Source: Agathobacter sp. (GTDB taxonomy: Bacteria; Bacillota; Clostridia; Lachnospirales; Lachnospiraceae). From it: 24,000 nt of DNA. Position numbers and translations under genes: made by a program. Positions 1 to 6,595 of this stretch are shown one piece after another; the stretch's first letter is position 1, and the number at the start of each line of letters is the position of its first letter. The stretch lies in NCBI GenBank assembly GCA_045544235.1, contig JAZPYQ010000001.1:1-24000 (forward strand). The letters are read 5' to 3'. The notes below the pieces were generated by a model. It saw only the letters and a list, made by a program, of their open reading frames with translations. It did not search any database and was not told where the DNA came from.

Positions 1-257
1 CCTAACTCTTTTGCAAGTTTGATAAGACGTGGATTTGTTGAATCGATTGGATCGTACCACTGATGCATTTCATCTGATTTACCGAAACTGATAAGTGGGA
101 AACCTTCTGTTCCTGCAATCTGTCCTGGTGTATATGCTTTCCAGAATGTACCACCAGTTACTTCTGTCATCTCTACATTGTAAGATAAAAGCATTGGATT
201 AACTGTGCGGAGAGTTTTTAAATTCTCTACAGCTTTTAAGTTTACGTTCTTTGCCAT
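1..257 (-). CDS. 5' part of an unidentified CDS that runs off the left edge (possibly glycoside-hydrolase-like)
   Basis: The reverse strand reads ATG (257..255) MAKNVNLKAVENLKTLRTVNPMLLSYNVEMTEVTGGTFWKAYTPGQIAGTEGFPLISFGKSDEMHQWYDPIDSTNPRLIKLAKEL, with no stop down to position 1. An AAAGGGGA Shine-Dalgarno lies just upstream (262..269 on +). It is absent from the ORF track because it is truncated. The GH79/heparanase-like guess rests only on remembered family patterns. Confidence 0.55.
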   Translation of the reverse strand, partial: MAKNVNLKAVENLKTLRTVNPMLLSYNVEMTEVTGGTFWKAYTPGQIAGTEGFPLISFGKSDEMHQWYDPIDSTNPRLIKLAKEL

Positions 258-355
258 AAAATCCCCTTTCTATTGCGTCAAAAAAGTTTTTGATTTATAC
301 TATGGGTAGATTATACAACGCTGAGTTGAGAAACTCCACATACATATTCAATAAA

Positions 356-371
356 AAGTTGAATAATCAAC
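356..371. promoter_or_regulatory. candidate operator palindrome in the divergent intergenic region
   Basis: AGTTGA-ATAA-TCAACT has perfect 6-bp arms. It overlaps a second inverted repeat, ATTCAA-N7-TTGAAT, and sits between the minus-strand CDS and the TetR gene. TetR regulators usually bind palindromes of this kind. Confidence 0.25.
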
Positions 372-407
372 TAAAATAGAAAAAGAGTTGAAAAAAGGTC
401 GAAAGAT

Positions 408-896
408 ATGGATTTAAGAGTTATTAAAACGAAGAAAAACATTCGAGATGCATTCTTAGAACTTCGGAAGAAACATTCTTTGGATGAAATTAAAGTAAAT
501 GCATTATGTGAAAAGGCGATGGTAAATAAGACCACATTCTATAATCATTATCAGGATGTTTATGAGCTTTCTGATGAATTAGAGACAGAGGTGCTGGATA
601 GCTTTTTCAAAAACTTTACAGATATTGATATGATGCTAACGGATGCAAACCGTTTTATCAACGGAATGCATGCTGCATTAGAAGCAGAAAATGATATGCT
701 TCGTATCATATTTATAGACAAATTAGATGAACTAATAGAACGCATAGAAAAACGCATCCGAAAGTATTATGCAAAAGAAGACCAGATGCTTATCTCATTT
801 TTAATCGGTGGTTCCATACATTTGATGATGAAATCAAAGAATAAAAATGAGGATGTGGAGCAGTTTTTGGTTGAGGTTATTACGAAGATTATGTAG
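408..896 (+). CDS. TetR/AcrR-family transcriptional regulator
   Basis: 162-aa ORF. The N-terminal HTH signature (KNIRDAFLELRKKHSLDEIKVNALCEKAMVNKTTFYNHYQDVYEL) is typical of TetR_N. The gene is divergent from the neighbouring gene. Confidence 0.85.
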   Translation: MDLRVIKTKKNIRDAFLELRKKHSLDEIKVNALCEKAMVNKTTFYNHYQDVYELSDELETEVLDSFFKNFTDIDMMLTDANRFINGMHAALEAENDMLRIIFIDKLDELIERIEKRIRKYYAKEDQMLISFLIGGSIHLMMKSKNKNEDVEQFLVEVITKIM

Positions 897-1018
897 AGCT
901 ATTAGCCAAAAACGAAAAAATGTCAAAAATACTAATGAACGAGGCGTAAAGGGGAAGAAATAAATTTACTTTTCTAACACTTCATGTTATAGTAGTTATC
1001 GGCCATTTGCTAAAAATT

Positions 1019-1037
1019 GGTACGTAGCTGGTACGTA
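1019..1037. repeat. two GGTACGTA boxes 11 bp apart, inside an AAATTGG...CCAATTT inverted repeat
   Basis: GGTACGTA occurs at 1019..1026 and 1030..1037, one helical turn apart. The flanking arms are AAATTGG (1014..1020) and CCAATTT (1040..1046). Function is unknown. Confidence 0.3.
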
Positions 1038-1086
1038 AACCAATTTAATAATTTACAGAATGCAGTATTTACAAGCCTTAAAGGCA

Positions 1087-1117
1087 AAAGGAGATAGAAA
1101 AATGAAATTAGGTATCG
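1087..1117 (+). repeat. left copy of the direct repeat (pseudo 5' end of ychF; candidate attL)
   Basis: ATAGAAAAATGAAATTAGGTATCG (1094..1117) is identical to 10089..10112. Similarity extends through AAAGGAG (1087..1093 vs 10079..10085) with a 3-nt indel. The left copy encodes only MKLGIEIG-stop. Confidence 0.8.
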
Positions 1118-1124
1118 AAATCGG

Positions 1125-1153
1125 TTGACGATTTTTACATAGTTTCATATAAG
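1125..1153 (+). promoter_or_regulatory. weak candidate sigma-A promoter just inside the left island edge
   Basis: TTGACG (1125..1130), a 17-nt spacer, then TATAAG (1148..1153). The -10 element lacks the conserved final T. Confidence 0.3.
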
Positions 1154-1244
1154 TCGATAAATCTCCGCAAGACCTTATAAATCAAGTGATTAGAGAATTG
1201 CTTCCAAACATATATGTTTATGTAAGTTCATATAAGTTTTAGAA

Positions 1245-1268
1245 AAATGGCACAGTAAATGGCACAGT
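1245..1268 (+). repeat. tandem 12-mer AAATGGCACAGT x2
   Basis: Copies lie at 1245..1256 and 1257..1268. A third exact copy is at 10021..10032. An inverted copy with one mismatch is at 9959..9970, and a partial inverted copy (GCCATTTGCT) is at 1002..1011. Confidence 0.8.
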
Positions 1269-1321
1269 TGAGATGGAAAGAAGTAAGCTCTGAAATAGCA
1301 AAAAAGAATATTGAAGTTTGT

Positions 1322-1360
1322 AAAGAGGTTGTCCGCGAGGGCAACCTCTTTGATTTATTT
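1322..1360 (+). terminator. intrinsic-terminator-like hairpin
   Basis: AAAGAGGTTG (1322..1331) pairs with CAACCTCTTT (1342..1351). The stem extends by U.G, C-G and C-G pairs to a GCGA tetraloop (1335..1338) and is followed by the T-rich GATTTATTT. It lies inside track ORF 1259..1450, which argues that the ORF is not real. Confidence 0.55.
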
Positions 1361-1384
1361 AACTACACCAAATATTATTTTAAT

Positions 1385-1410
1385 TTAGTCATTTTGCTAA
1401 AAATGACTAA
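1385..1410. promoter_or_regulatory. inverted repeat upstream of the operon -35 (candidate operator)
   Basis: TTAGTCATTT-TGCTAA-AAATGACTAA has perfect 10-bp arms. Confidence 0.4.
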
Positions 1411-1417
1411 ATTAAAA

Positions 1418-1446
1418 TTGACTTTTGTTAAGTTGTGGATTATAGT
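1418..1446 (+). promoter_or_regulatory. sigma-A-type promoter of the fic-hsd operon
   Basis: TTGACT (1418..1423), a 17-nt spacer, then TATAGT (1441..1446). This is 58 nt upstream of the Fic ATG. Confidence 0.6.
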
Positions 1447-1453
1447 TTAATTA

Positions 1454-1475
1454 GGTCATTATATTTAATATGACC
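1454..1475. promoter_or_regulatory. second GTCAT/ATGAC inverted repeat at the predicted transcription start (candidate operator)
   Basis: GGTCAT-N10-ATGACC lies immediately downstream of the -10. It shares the GTCAT...ATGAC core with the repeat at 1385..1410. Confidence 0.35.
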
Positions 1476-1503
1476 AAGTTGAAAATTAAATGAGGTAATT
1501 GAA

Positions 1504-2565
1504 ATGAGAGAATTTGATTACGGAAAAAAATGGAAAAAATTACTAACACCAGAAATTGTTGGTTATCTTACAACAATTCATGAATATAAAGGAGAGCAGC
1601 GCTTAATAGCAGAGCGCCATGCGGATGTATTAGAAAGTCTTGTTGAAGTAGCAAAGATTCAAAGTACAGAGAGTTCTAATAAAATTGAGGGTATTTATAC
1701 ATCTGATGAGCGATTGAAGAAGATCGTTTTGGATAAGACAATGCCAAGGACAAGAAACGAGAGAGAAATTGCGGGATATAGAGATGTGTTAAATACAGTG
1801 CATGAGAATTTCAATCATATTCCGATTCGTGATACTTTCATATTACAACTTCACAGAGATTTGTATAAATTTGAAAATGCTACTGATGGTGGAAAGTTCA
1901 AAAACGTTGATAATGTGATAGAGGAAGAAGATGCAAAAGGTAATAAATTTGTTAGATTCAAACCGTTGCCAGCATGGGAAACACCAGAGGCAATAATGAA
2001 TCTATGTGCTGCATATAATGAGGCTATTAATAGAAGTGAGGCAGATCCGTTACTGATTATACCGATGTTCATAATAGATTTTCTGTGTATTCATCCGTTT
2101 AAGGATGGTAATGGGAGAATGAGCAGATTATTGACCTTGTTATTGCTCTATCAAAATGGCTACATTGTAGGAAAATATATCAGTTTGGAAAAATTGATAG
2201 AGCGTACAAAGGATAATTACTATGATGCTTTGCAGGAGAGTTCTCAAGGTTGGATGGAAGACAAAAACGATTATGAATCATTTGTTAAATATATTCTTGG
2301 GATTATTACAGCAGCATATAGAGAGTTCTTTGATAGAGTGCAGATTGTTGAGGAAAAGAAAGTGTCTAAGCCTGATAGAATTGAGGAATTAATCAAGAAT
2401 CATTTAGGTACTATTACTAAGTCTGAAATTGTTGAAGCAACACCGGGAATTAGTACCACAACAGTTCAGAGAACATTAACTGATTTGGTAAAAGCCGAGA
2501 AGATAATCAAGATTGGAAATGGACGCTATACAAAATATAAATGGAACTGGGATAAGGAGAATTAG
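1504..2565 (+). CDS. Fic/DOC-family protein (Fic_N + Fic + C-terminal winged HTH; SoFic-like, class II auto-inhibited AMPylase type)
   Basis: Catalytic motif HPFKDGNGRMSR matches HxFx(D/E)GNGRxxR. The N-terminal inhibitory motif SNKIEG matches (S/T)xxxE(G/N). The C-terminal ITKSEIVEATPGISTTTVQRTLTDLVKAEKIIKIGNGRYTKY is wHTH-like. A GAGGT ribosome-binding site lies 8 nt upstream. Confidence 0.9.
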   Translation: MREFDYGKKWKKLLTPEIVGYLTTIHEYKGEQRLIAERHADVLESLVEVAKIQSTESSNKIEGIYTSDERLKKIVLDKTMPRTRNEREIAGYRDVLNTVHENFNHIPIRDTFILQLHRDLYKFENATDGGKFKNVDNVIEEEDAKGNKFVRFKPLPAWETPEAIMNLCAAYNEAINRSEADPLLIIPMFIIDFLCIHPFKDGNGRMSRLLTLLLLYQNGYIVGKYISLEKLIERTKDNYYDALQESSQGWMEDKNDYESFVKYILGIITAAYREFFDRVQIVEEKKVSKPDRIEELIKNHLGTITKSEIVEATPGISTTTVQRTLTDLVKAEKIIKIGNGRYTKYKWNWDKEN

Positions 2566-2568
2566 AAA

Positions 2569-4065
2569 ATGATTACAGGTGACTTAAAAAATAAAATTGA
2601 TAGTTTGTGGGATATCTTTTATACAGGTGGCCTTACAAATCCGTTGGATGTTATTGAGCAAATGACTTATCTTATGTTTATTCATGATTTAGATGTATCA
2701 GATAATATACATGCGAAAGAAAGTGCAATGCTGGGACTTCCTTATGAAAGTGTTTTTTCAAAGGAAGTAAAAATCGGAGAAAGAGTTATTGATGGTACAC
2801 AGCTTAAGTGGTCTGTATTTAGAGATTACCCTGCAGACAGAATGTATTCAGTGGTTCAGGAAATGGTATTTCCATTTATAAAGAATTTGCATGCAAATAA
2901 GGACAGTGCTTTTTCCAAGTATATGGATGATGCAATTTTTAAACTTCCAACACCACTTATGCTTTCAAAGGTTGTTGATGCAATGGATGAGATTTATGCG
3001 CAAATCGCAAAATTGAGTGATTCTGACGGCAAAGGCGATGTATATGAATACTTGCTTTCAAAAATTTCAACAGCCGGAGTAAATGGTCAGTTTAGAACAC
3101 CACGTCACATTATTAAAATGATGGTAGAACTTATGGACCCTAAAGCTGATGATGTAATCTGCGATCCTAGCTGTGGTACAGCGGGATTTCTTGTAGAGGC
3201 CGGAGAGTACTTGTGGAACAACAAGAAAGAAGAGATTTTTTATGACAAGAAGAAAAAAGAACATTTTATGAATCACATGTTCCATGGTTTTGATATGGAC
3301 AGAACGATGCTTCGTATTGGCGCTATGAATATGATGAATCATAGAGTGGAGAGCCCGTTTATCGAATACAGAGATAGTTTATCTGACCAGAATCCAGATA
3401 AGGATAAGTACTCATTAATTCTTGCAAATCCACCTTTTAAGGGAAGTTTGGATGCTGATATTGTATCTGCGGATTTGCTTAAAGTATGCAACACAAAGAA
3501 GACGGAGCTTCTTTTCCTTGCGTTATTTGTTCGTATGCTTAAAGTTGGTGGACGCTGTGCTTGTATCGTTCCGGATGGAGTATTGTTTGGTTCGTCTAAA
3601 GCACATAAGGATATTCGAAAAGAATTAATTGAAAATCAGAGATTGGAAGCAGTTATTTCCATGCCTTCAGGTGTGTTCAAGCCATATGCAGGAGTTTCTA
3701 CGGGAATTCTTATCTTTACAAAGACAAATTATGGTGGAACAGATAATGTATGGTTCTACGATATGCAGGCCGATGGATACAGTTTGGATGATAAACGTTC
3801 AGCTGTAACGGAAAATGATATTCCTGATATCATTGAACGATTCCGTAATCGTGATGCAGAGATAGATAGAAAGAGAACAGATAAGTCATTTATGGTGGCT
3901 AAGCAGGAAATTGTAGATAATGATTATGATTTATCTATTAACAAGTATAAGAAGGTTGAGTATGTTGCAGTAGAGTATCCACCTACATCTGAGATTATAG
4001 ATAGAATCATGGAATTGGATGCAGAAGCTACAGAGGCAATAAAAGAGTTGAAGAAAATGTTATAG
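2569..4065 (+). CDS. hsdM: Type I restriction-modification N6-adenine DNA methyltransferase subunit M
   Basis: 498 aa. AdoMet motif I is DPSCGTAGFL and catalytic motif IV is NPPF (ILANPPFKG). The N-terminal region is HsdM_N-like. The start is 3 nt after the Fic stop, with an AAGGAGA ribosome-binding site. Confidence 0.93.
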   Translation: MITGDLKNKIDSLWDIFYTGGLTNPLDVIEQMTYLMFIHDLDVSDNIHAKESAMLGLPYESVFSKEVKIGERVIDGTQLKWSVFRDYPADRMYSVVQEMVFPFIKNLHANKDSAFSKYMDDAIFKLPTPLMLSKVVDAMDEIYAQIAKLSDSDGKGDVYEYLLSKISTAGVNGQFRTPRHIIKMMVELMDPKADDVICDPSCGTAGFLVEAGEYLWNNKKEEIFYDKKKKEHFMNHMFHGFDMDRTMLRIGAMNMMNHRVESPFIEYRDSLSDQNPDKDKYSLILANPPFKGSLDADIVSADLLKVCNTKKTELLFLALFVRMLKVGGRCACIVPDGVLFGSSKAHKDIRKELIENQRLEAVISMPSGVFKPYAGVSTGILIFTKTNYGGTDNVWFYDMQADGYSLDDKRSAVTENDIPDIIERFRNRDAEIDRKRTDKSFMVAKQEIVDNDYDLSINKYKKVEYVAVEYPPTSEIIDRIMELDAEATEAIKELKKML

Positions 4066-4077
4066 GGGGACTAATCC

Positions 4078-4824
4078 ATGAAAGGTATAGATTTAGTAAA
4101 CCATCCAAATTTCGCAGGGAGAAAAGAGGATCTCGATCCAAACCAACCTGGACTGTTGAAGATTACAAAGAAACATGAAGAAAAGAAGAAAACGGGTAAT
4201 GCTTTTGAAAAATATGTGTCATCACAGATTAGGAATGCTTTTACAGATGCAATTTTATTGGATGATGTCTATTTTGAGACTGGAGTATATAACACAAAAT
4301 TGTGTATGTATGAATCTATGCAGATAGATCATATTTTGATTACCTCAAAAGGTGTTTTGGTTTTGGAGGATAAATATATTGATGATGAAAAATATTTAAG
4401 TGTATCAGGTGGAGCGTTATCTAAAACTTGGTTACTCAAAAAGCGATTTGGAAGTATATCTGAGACTAATGGTTTAAAGCAGAATTATCGACATATGCAA
4501 TTTATCAAGGAAATACTAAATTATATTGGATTAGATATACCTGTTCTTCAAATGACTGTAATTGGTGGAATTGTTCGTGATAAAATAAGAGTGCAACAAT
4601 TTATCGATGCAAATCTAGTTACTGAAGAGGAGGCTATTGATCGAATAGTATATTTATTGAAAAGGCAAGCTAACATGGATGTTTCAACACAGAAGGTATT
4701 GGAAGAATTAAGTAAGTGGATTTGCACGGTACCGGATATTGAGAAATCACATATTGCGTTTGTTCGAAACAAGGAAAAGAATAGATTGCCTGCACGATGT
4801 AAAAAGGTAATGAGAAAATTGTAG
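4078..4824 (+). CDS. NERD (nuclease-related domain) protein embedded between hsdM and hsdS
   Basis: 248 aa. The NERD-like layout is GNAFEKYVSSQI ... QIDHILITSKGVLVLEDKY, i.e. D...E-x-K PD-(D/E)xK-like residues. There is a 12-nt gap after hsdM and a GGGGGA ribosome-binding site. Confidence 0.75.
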   Translation: MKGIDLVNHPNFAGRKEDLDPNQPGLLKITKKHEEKKKTGNAFEKYVSSQIRNAFTDAILLDDVYFETGVYNTKLCMYESMQIDHILITSKGVLVLEDKYIDDEKYLSVSGGALSKTWLLKKRFGSISETNGLKQNYRHMQFIKEILNYIGLDIPVLQMTVIGGIVRDKIRVQQFIDANLVTEEEAIDRIVYLLKRQANMDVSTQKVLEELSKWICTVPDIEKSHIAFVRNKEKNRLPARCKKVMRKL

Positions 4825-4867
4825 AAAGGAATAATAAATCAAATTCGGATTTGTAGGGATGATATAA

Positions 4868-6043
4868 ATGCAAAAAACATTTGATGAAGTTGTGATATTT
4901 GCAAGAACAGGATTAAATCCAAGACAAAATTTTAAGCTTGGACAAGGAAATAATGCATACATAACTATAAAAAATATTAAAAATAATAAGCTTGTTATAG
5001 ATGATAATACAGATGTTGTAGATGATGATGCAATCAGGTTAATTCATAGGCGTTCTCAGATTAAAAAAGGAGATATTCTATTCGCATCTATAGGTAGAAT
5101 GGGAGATATGTTTATTATTGAAGATGAGCCTGATGGGTGGGATATTAATGAATCTGTTTTTGCTTTCACACTAGATACGAATATAATCAGACAAAAATAC
5201 TTTTATTACATTTTTAAAGTAAAATCTACTTTGGATTATTTGTCATCAAATAGTTCAGGAAGTACTTTTAAAAGTATCAAGATGAATCAGCTAAAAAAAA
5301 TGGTGTTTGATATACCGTCTTTAGAGGTTCAAGACCAGATTATAAGAGGATTGGATAAAGTAAGTAATATCATTGAATTAAGAAAAATGGAATTGCAAAA
5401 TCTAGACAATCTCATCAAAGCCCGATTTGTCGAACTGTTTGGTAGTATGGAAAGTAAAATTCCTATTAGTGAAATGTGTAATGTTACTGGGGGATATTCA
5501 TTCAAGAGTGGTGACATTTCTGACGATGGCGCAATAAAGATTTTGCAGATAGGAAATGTGTATTTAGACAATGTGAGTTGGGAAACAACCAATTATTTGC
5601 CTGAAGGATTTGACGAAAAATATTCCAAATTTATGTTAGATGAAGGCGATATTGTTGTCGCTCTAACCCGTCCAATAATCCAATCATTAGGAAATGTAAA
5701 GGCTTGTATTGTTAAATCAAGTGATTTGCCTTGCCTTTTAAATCAACGAGTTGGTAGAATTGTTGCGAAAAAAGAAAAATCAGTTTTTCTTGAGTTTATT
5801 TATGGTTGCTTAATGACAGATGATTTTACAAGATATGTTGAGTCTTGCAGTATTGGATGTTCGCAACCTAATATAAGCACAAAAGATATTGAGAACTATT
5901 TAATTCCAAATGCTACATACGAAGAACAAAAGGCATATGTGGAATTTAAGAAACAGACCGACAAATCAAAATTTGCGGTACAGAAATCACTTGAAGAAGC
6001 ACAACTTTTGTTTAATAGCTTAATGCAGAAATATTTTGGATAG
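4868..6043 (+). CDS. hsdS: Type I restriction-modification specificity subunit S (two target-recognition domains)
   Basis: 391 aa with two TRD-like halves. They are separated by a conserved central helix (LQNLDNLIKARFVELFG), and the protein ends in the matching C-terminal helix (EEAQLLFNSLMQKYFG). Confidence 0.9.
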   Translation: MQKTFDEVVIFARTGLNPRQNFKLGQGNNAYITIKNIKNNKLVIDDNTDVVDDDAIRLIHRRSQIKKGDILFASIGRMGDMFIIEDEPDGWDINESVFAFTLDTNIIRQKYFYYIFKVKSTLDYLSSNSSGSTFKSIKMNQLKKMVFDIPSLEVQDQIIRGLDKVSNIIELRKMELQNLDNLIKARFVELFGSMESKIPISEMCNVTGGYSFKSGDISDDGAIKILQIGNVYLDNVSWETTNYLPEGFDEKYSKFMLDEGDIVVALTRPIIQSLGNVKACIVKSSDLPCLLNQRVGRIVAKKEKSVFLEFIYGCLMTDDFTRYVESCSIGCSQPNISTKDIENYLIPNATYEEQKAYVEFKKQTDKSKFAVQKSLEEAQLLFNSLMQKYFG

Positions 6044-6056
6044 GAGGGAGTAAACA

Positions 6057-6581
6057 ATGAGCTTGTCTGTAGATAATTTGGCTGAAAAAGCATTTGATAA
6101 TTTTAAGAAGATAACACCTGCACTGGTAGCAATTGCTTTATTGACAGGTATGCTCTTATTTCTTCCGGACAGCATATTGAGAAAGATGTATTTAGACAAT
6201 CTTCCAGTGCTTTGGAGCAGGATTATTGGGATTGCATTTTTGTTGAGTGTGGCTCTGATAGGAACTATTGGAGTTTCGTCTGCTATTTCATACATAACCT
6301 CGAAAAGGCGCAATAAGAGAATACGAGAAAATTTGAAGAAAAAGTTAAAGATACTAAGTCCACAACAAAGAAGTATTATTTTGAAGGTATTAAGGAGTAA
6401 AGAAAAATCAATTTCATTAGACAAGAACTCTGGTGATACAGTATATCTTGTGAATAATATGTTCTTGTATATGCCACAACAAGTATTAACACTAGGATGG
6501 GACAATGAAATGATTTTAACATATGTTCCCCACCCTTGGTTATTAGATTTGTATAACGAAGAACCTGAGTTGTTTATATGA
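6057..6581 (+). CDS. small 2-TM membrane protein, tentatively SieB-like (superinfection exclusion)
   Basis: 174 aa. Two hydrophobic helices (ITPALVAIALLTGMLLFLP and IIGIAFLLSVALIGTIGVSSAISYI) are followed by a basic stretch (KRRNKRIRENLKKKLK) and a soluble tail (LSPQQRSIILKVL...). There is a GGAGGGA ribosome-binding site. The stop overlaps an ATG of the hsdR frame (ATGA at 6578..6581). The SieB resemblance is from memory and was not searched. Confidence 0.7.
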   Translation: MSLSVDNLAEKAFDNFKKITPALVAIALLTGMLLFLPDSILRKMYLDNLPVLWSRIIGIAFLLSVALIGTIGVSSAISYITSKRRNKRIRENLKKKLKILSPQQRSIILKVLRSKEKSISLDKNSGDTVYLVNNMFLYMPQQVLTLGWDNEMILTYVPHPWLLDLYNEEPELFI

Positions 6582-6595
6582 GAAATGAGGGTATT

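Noticed and set aside
1248-1268. TGGCAC in the 12-mer as a sigma-54 -24 element
   Set aside because: The required TTGC -12 element is absent at the proper 5-nt spacing in all three copies (the sequences are AGTAAATGG, AGTTGAGAT and AGTAGCAAA).
1259-1450. 63-aa ORF (MAQLRWKEV...) in the left island edge
   Set aside because: It runs through a strong terminator hairpin (1322..1351), an operator-like palindrome and the operon -35/-10. Its C-terminal half is low-complexity AT-rich translation, and it has no convincing ribosome-binding site. It is more likely non-coding or a relic.
5293-5300. A8 homopolymer in hsdS as a phase-variation switch
   Set aside because: A8 runs are unremarkable in DNA this AT-rich, and the tract is short compared with known phase-variable tracts. 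There is also no second hsdS copy, inverted repeat or recombinase for shufflon-type variation.
6020-6505. 161-aa antisense ORF opposite the 2-TM protein gene
   Set aside because: It has no ribosome-binding site and a composition unlike real proteins. The plus-strand ORF has a ribosome-binding site, clear TM helices and operon context. This is a typical shadow ORF in AT-rich DNA.
6578-6595. Track start codon of hsdR (MRNEGI...) overlapping the upstream stop
   Set aside because: The ATG at 6596 has a properly spaced GAGGG Shine-Dalgarno sequence and gives the family-typical N-terminus MTNFDYL. The ATGA overlap may still permit coupling, so it is noted rather than annotated.
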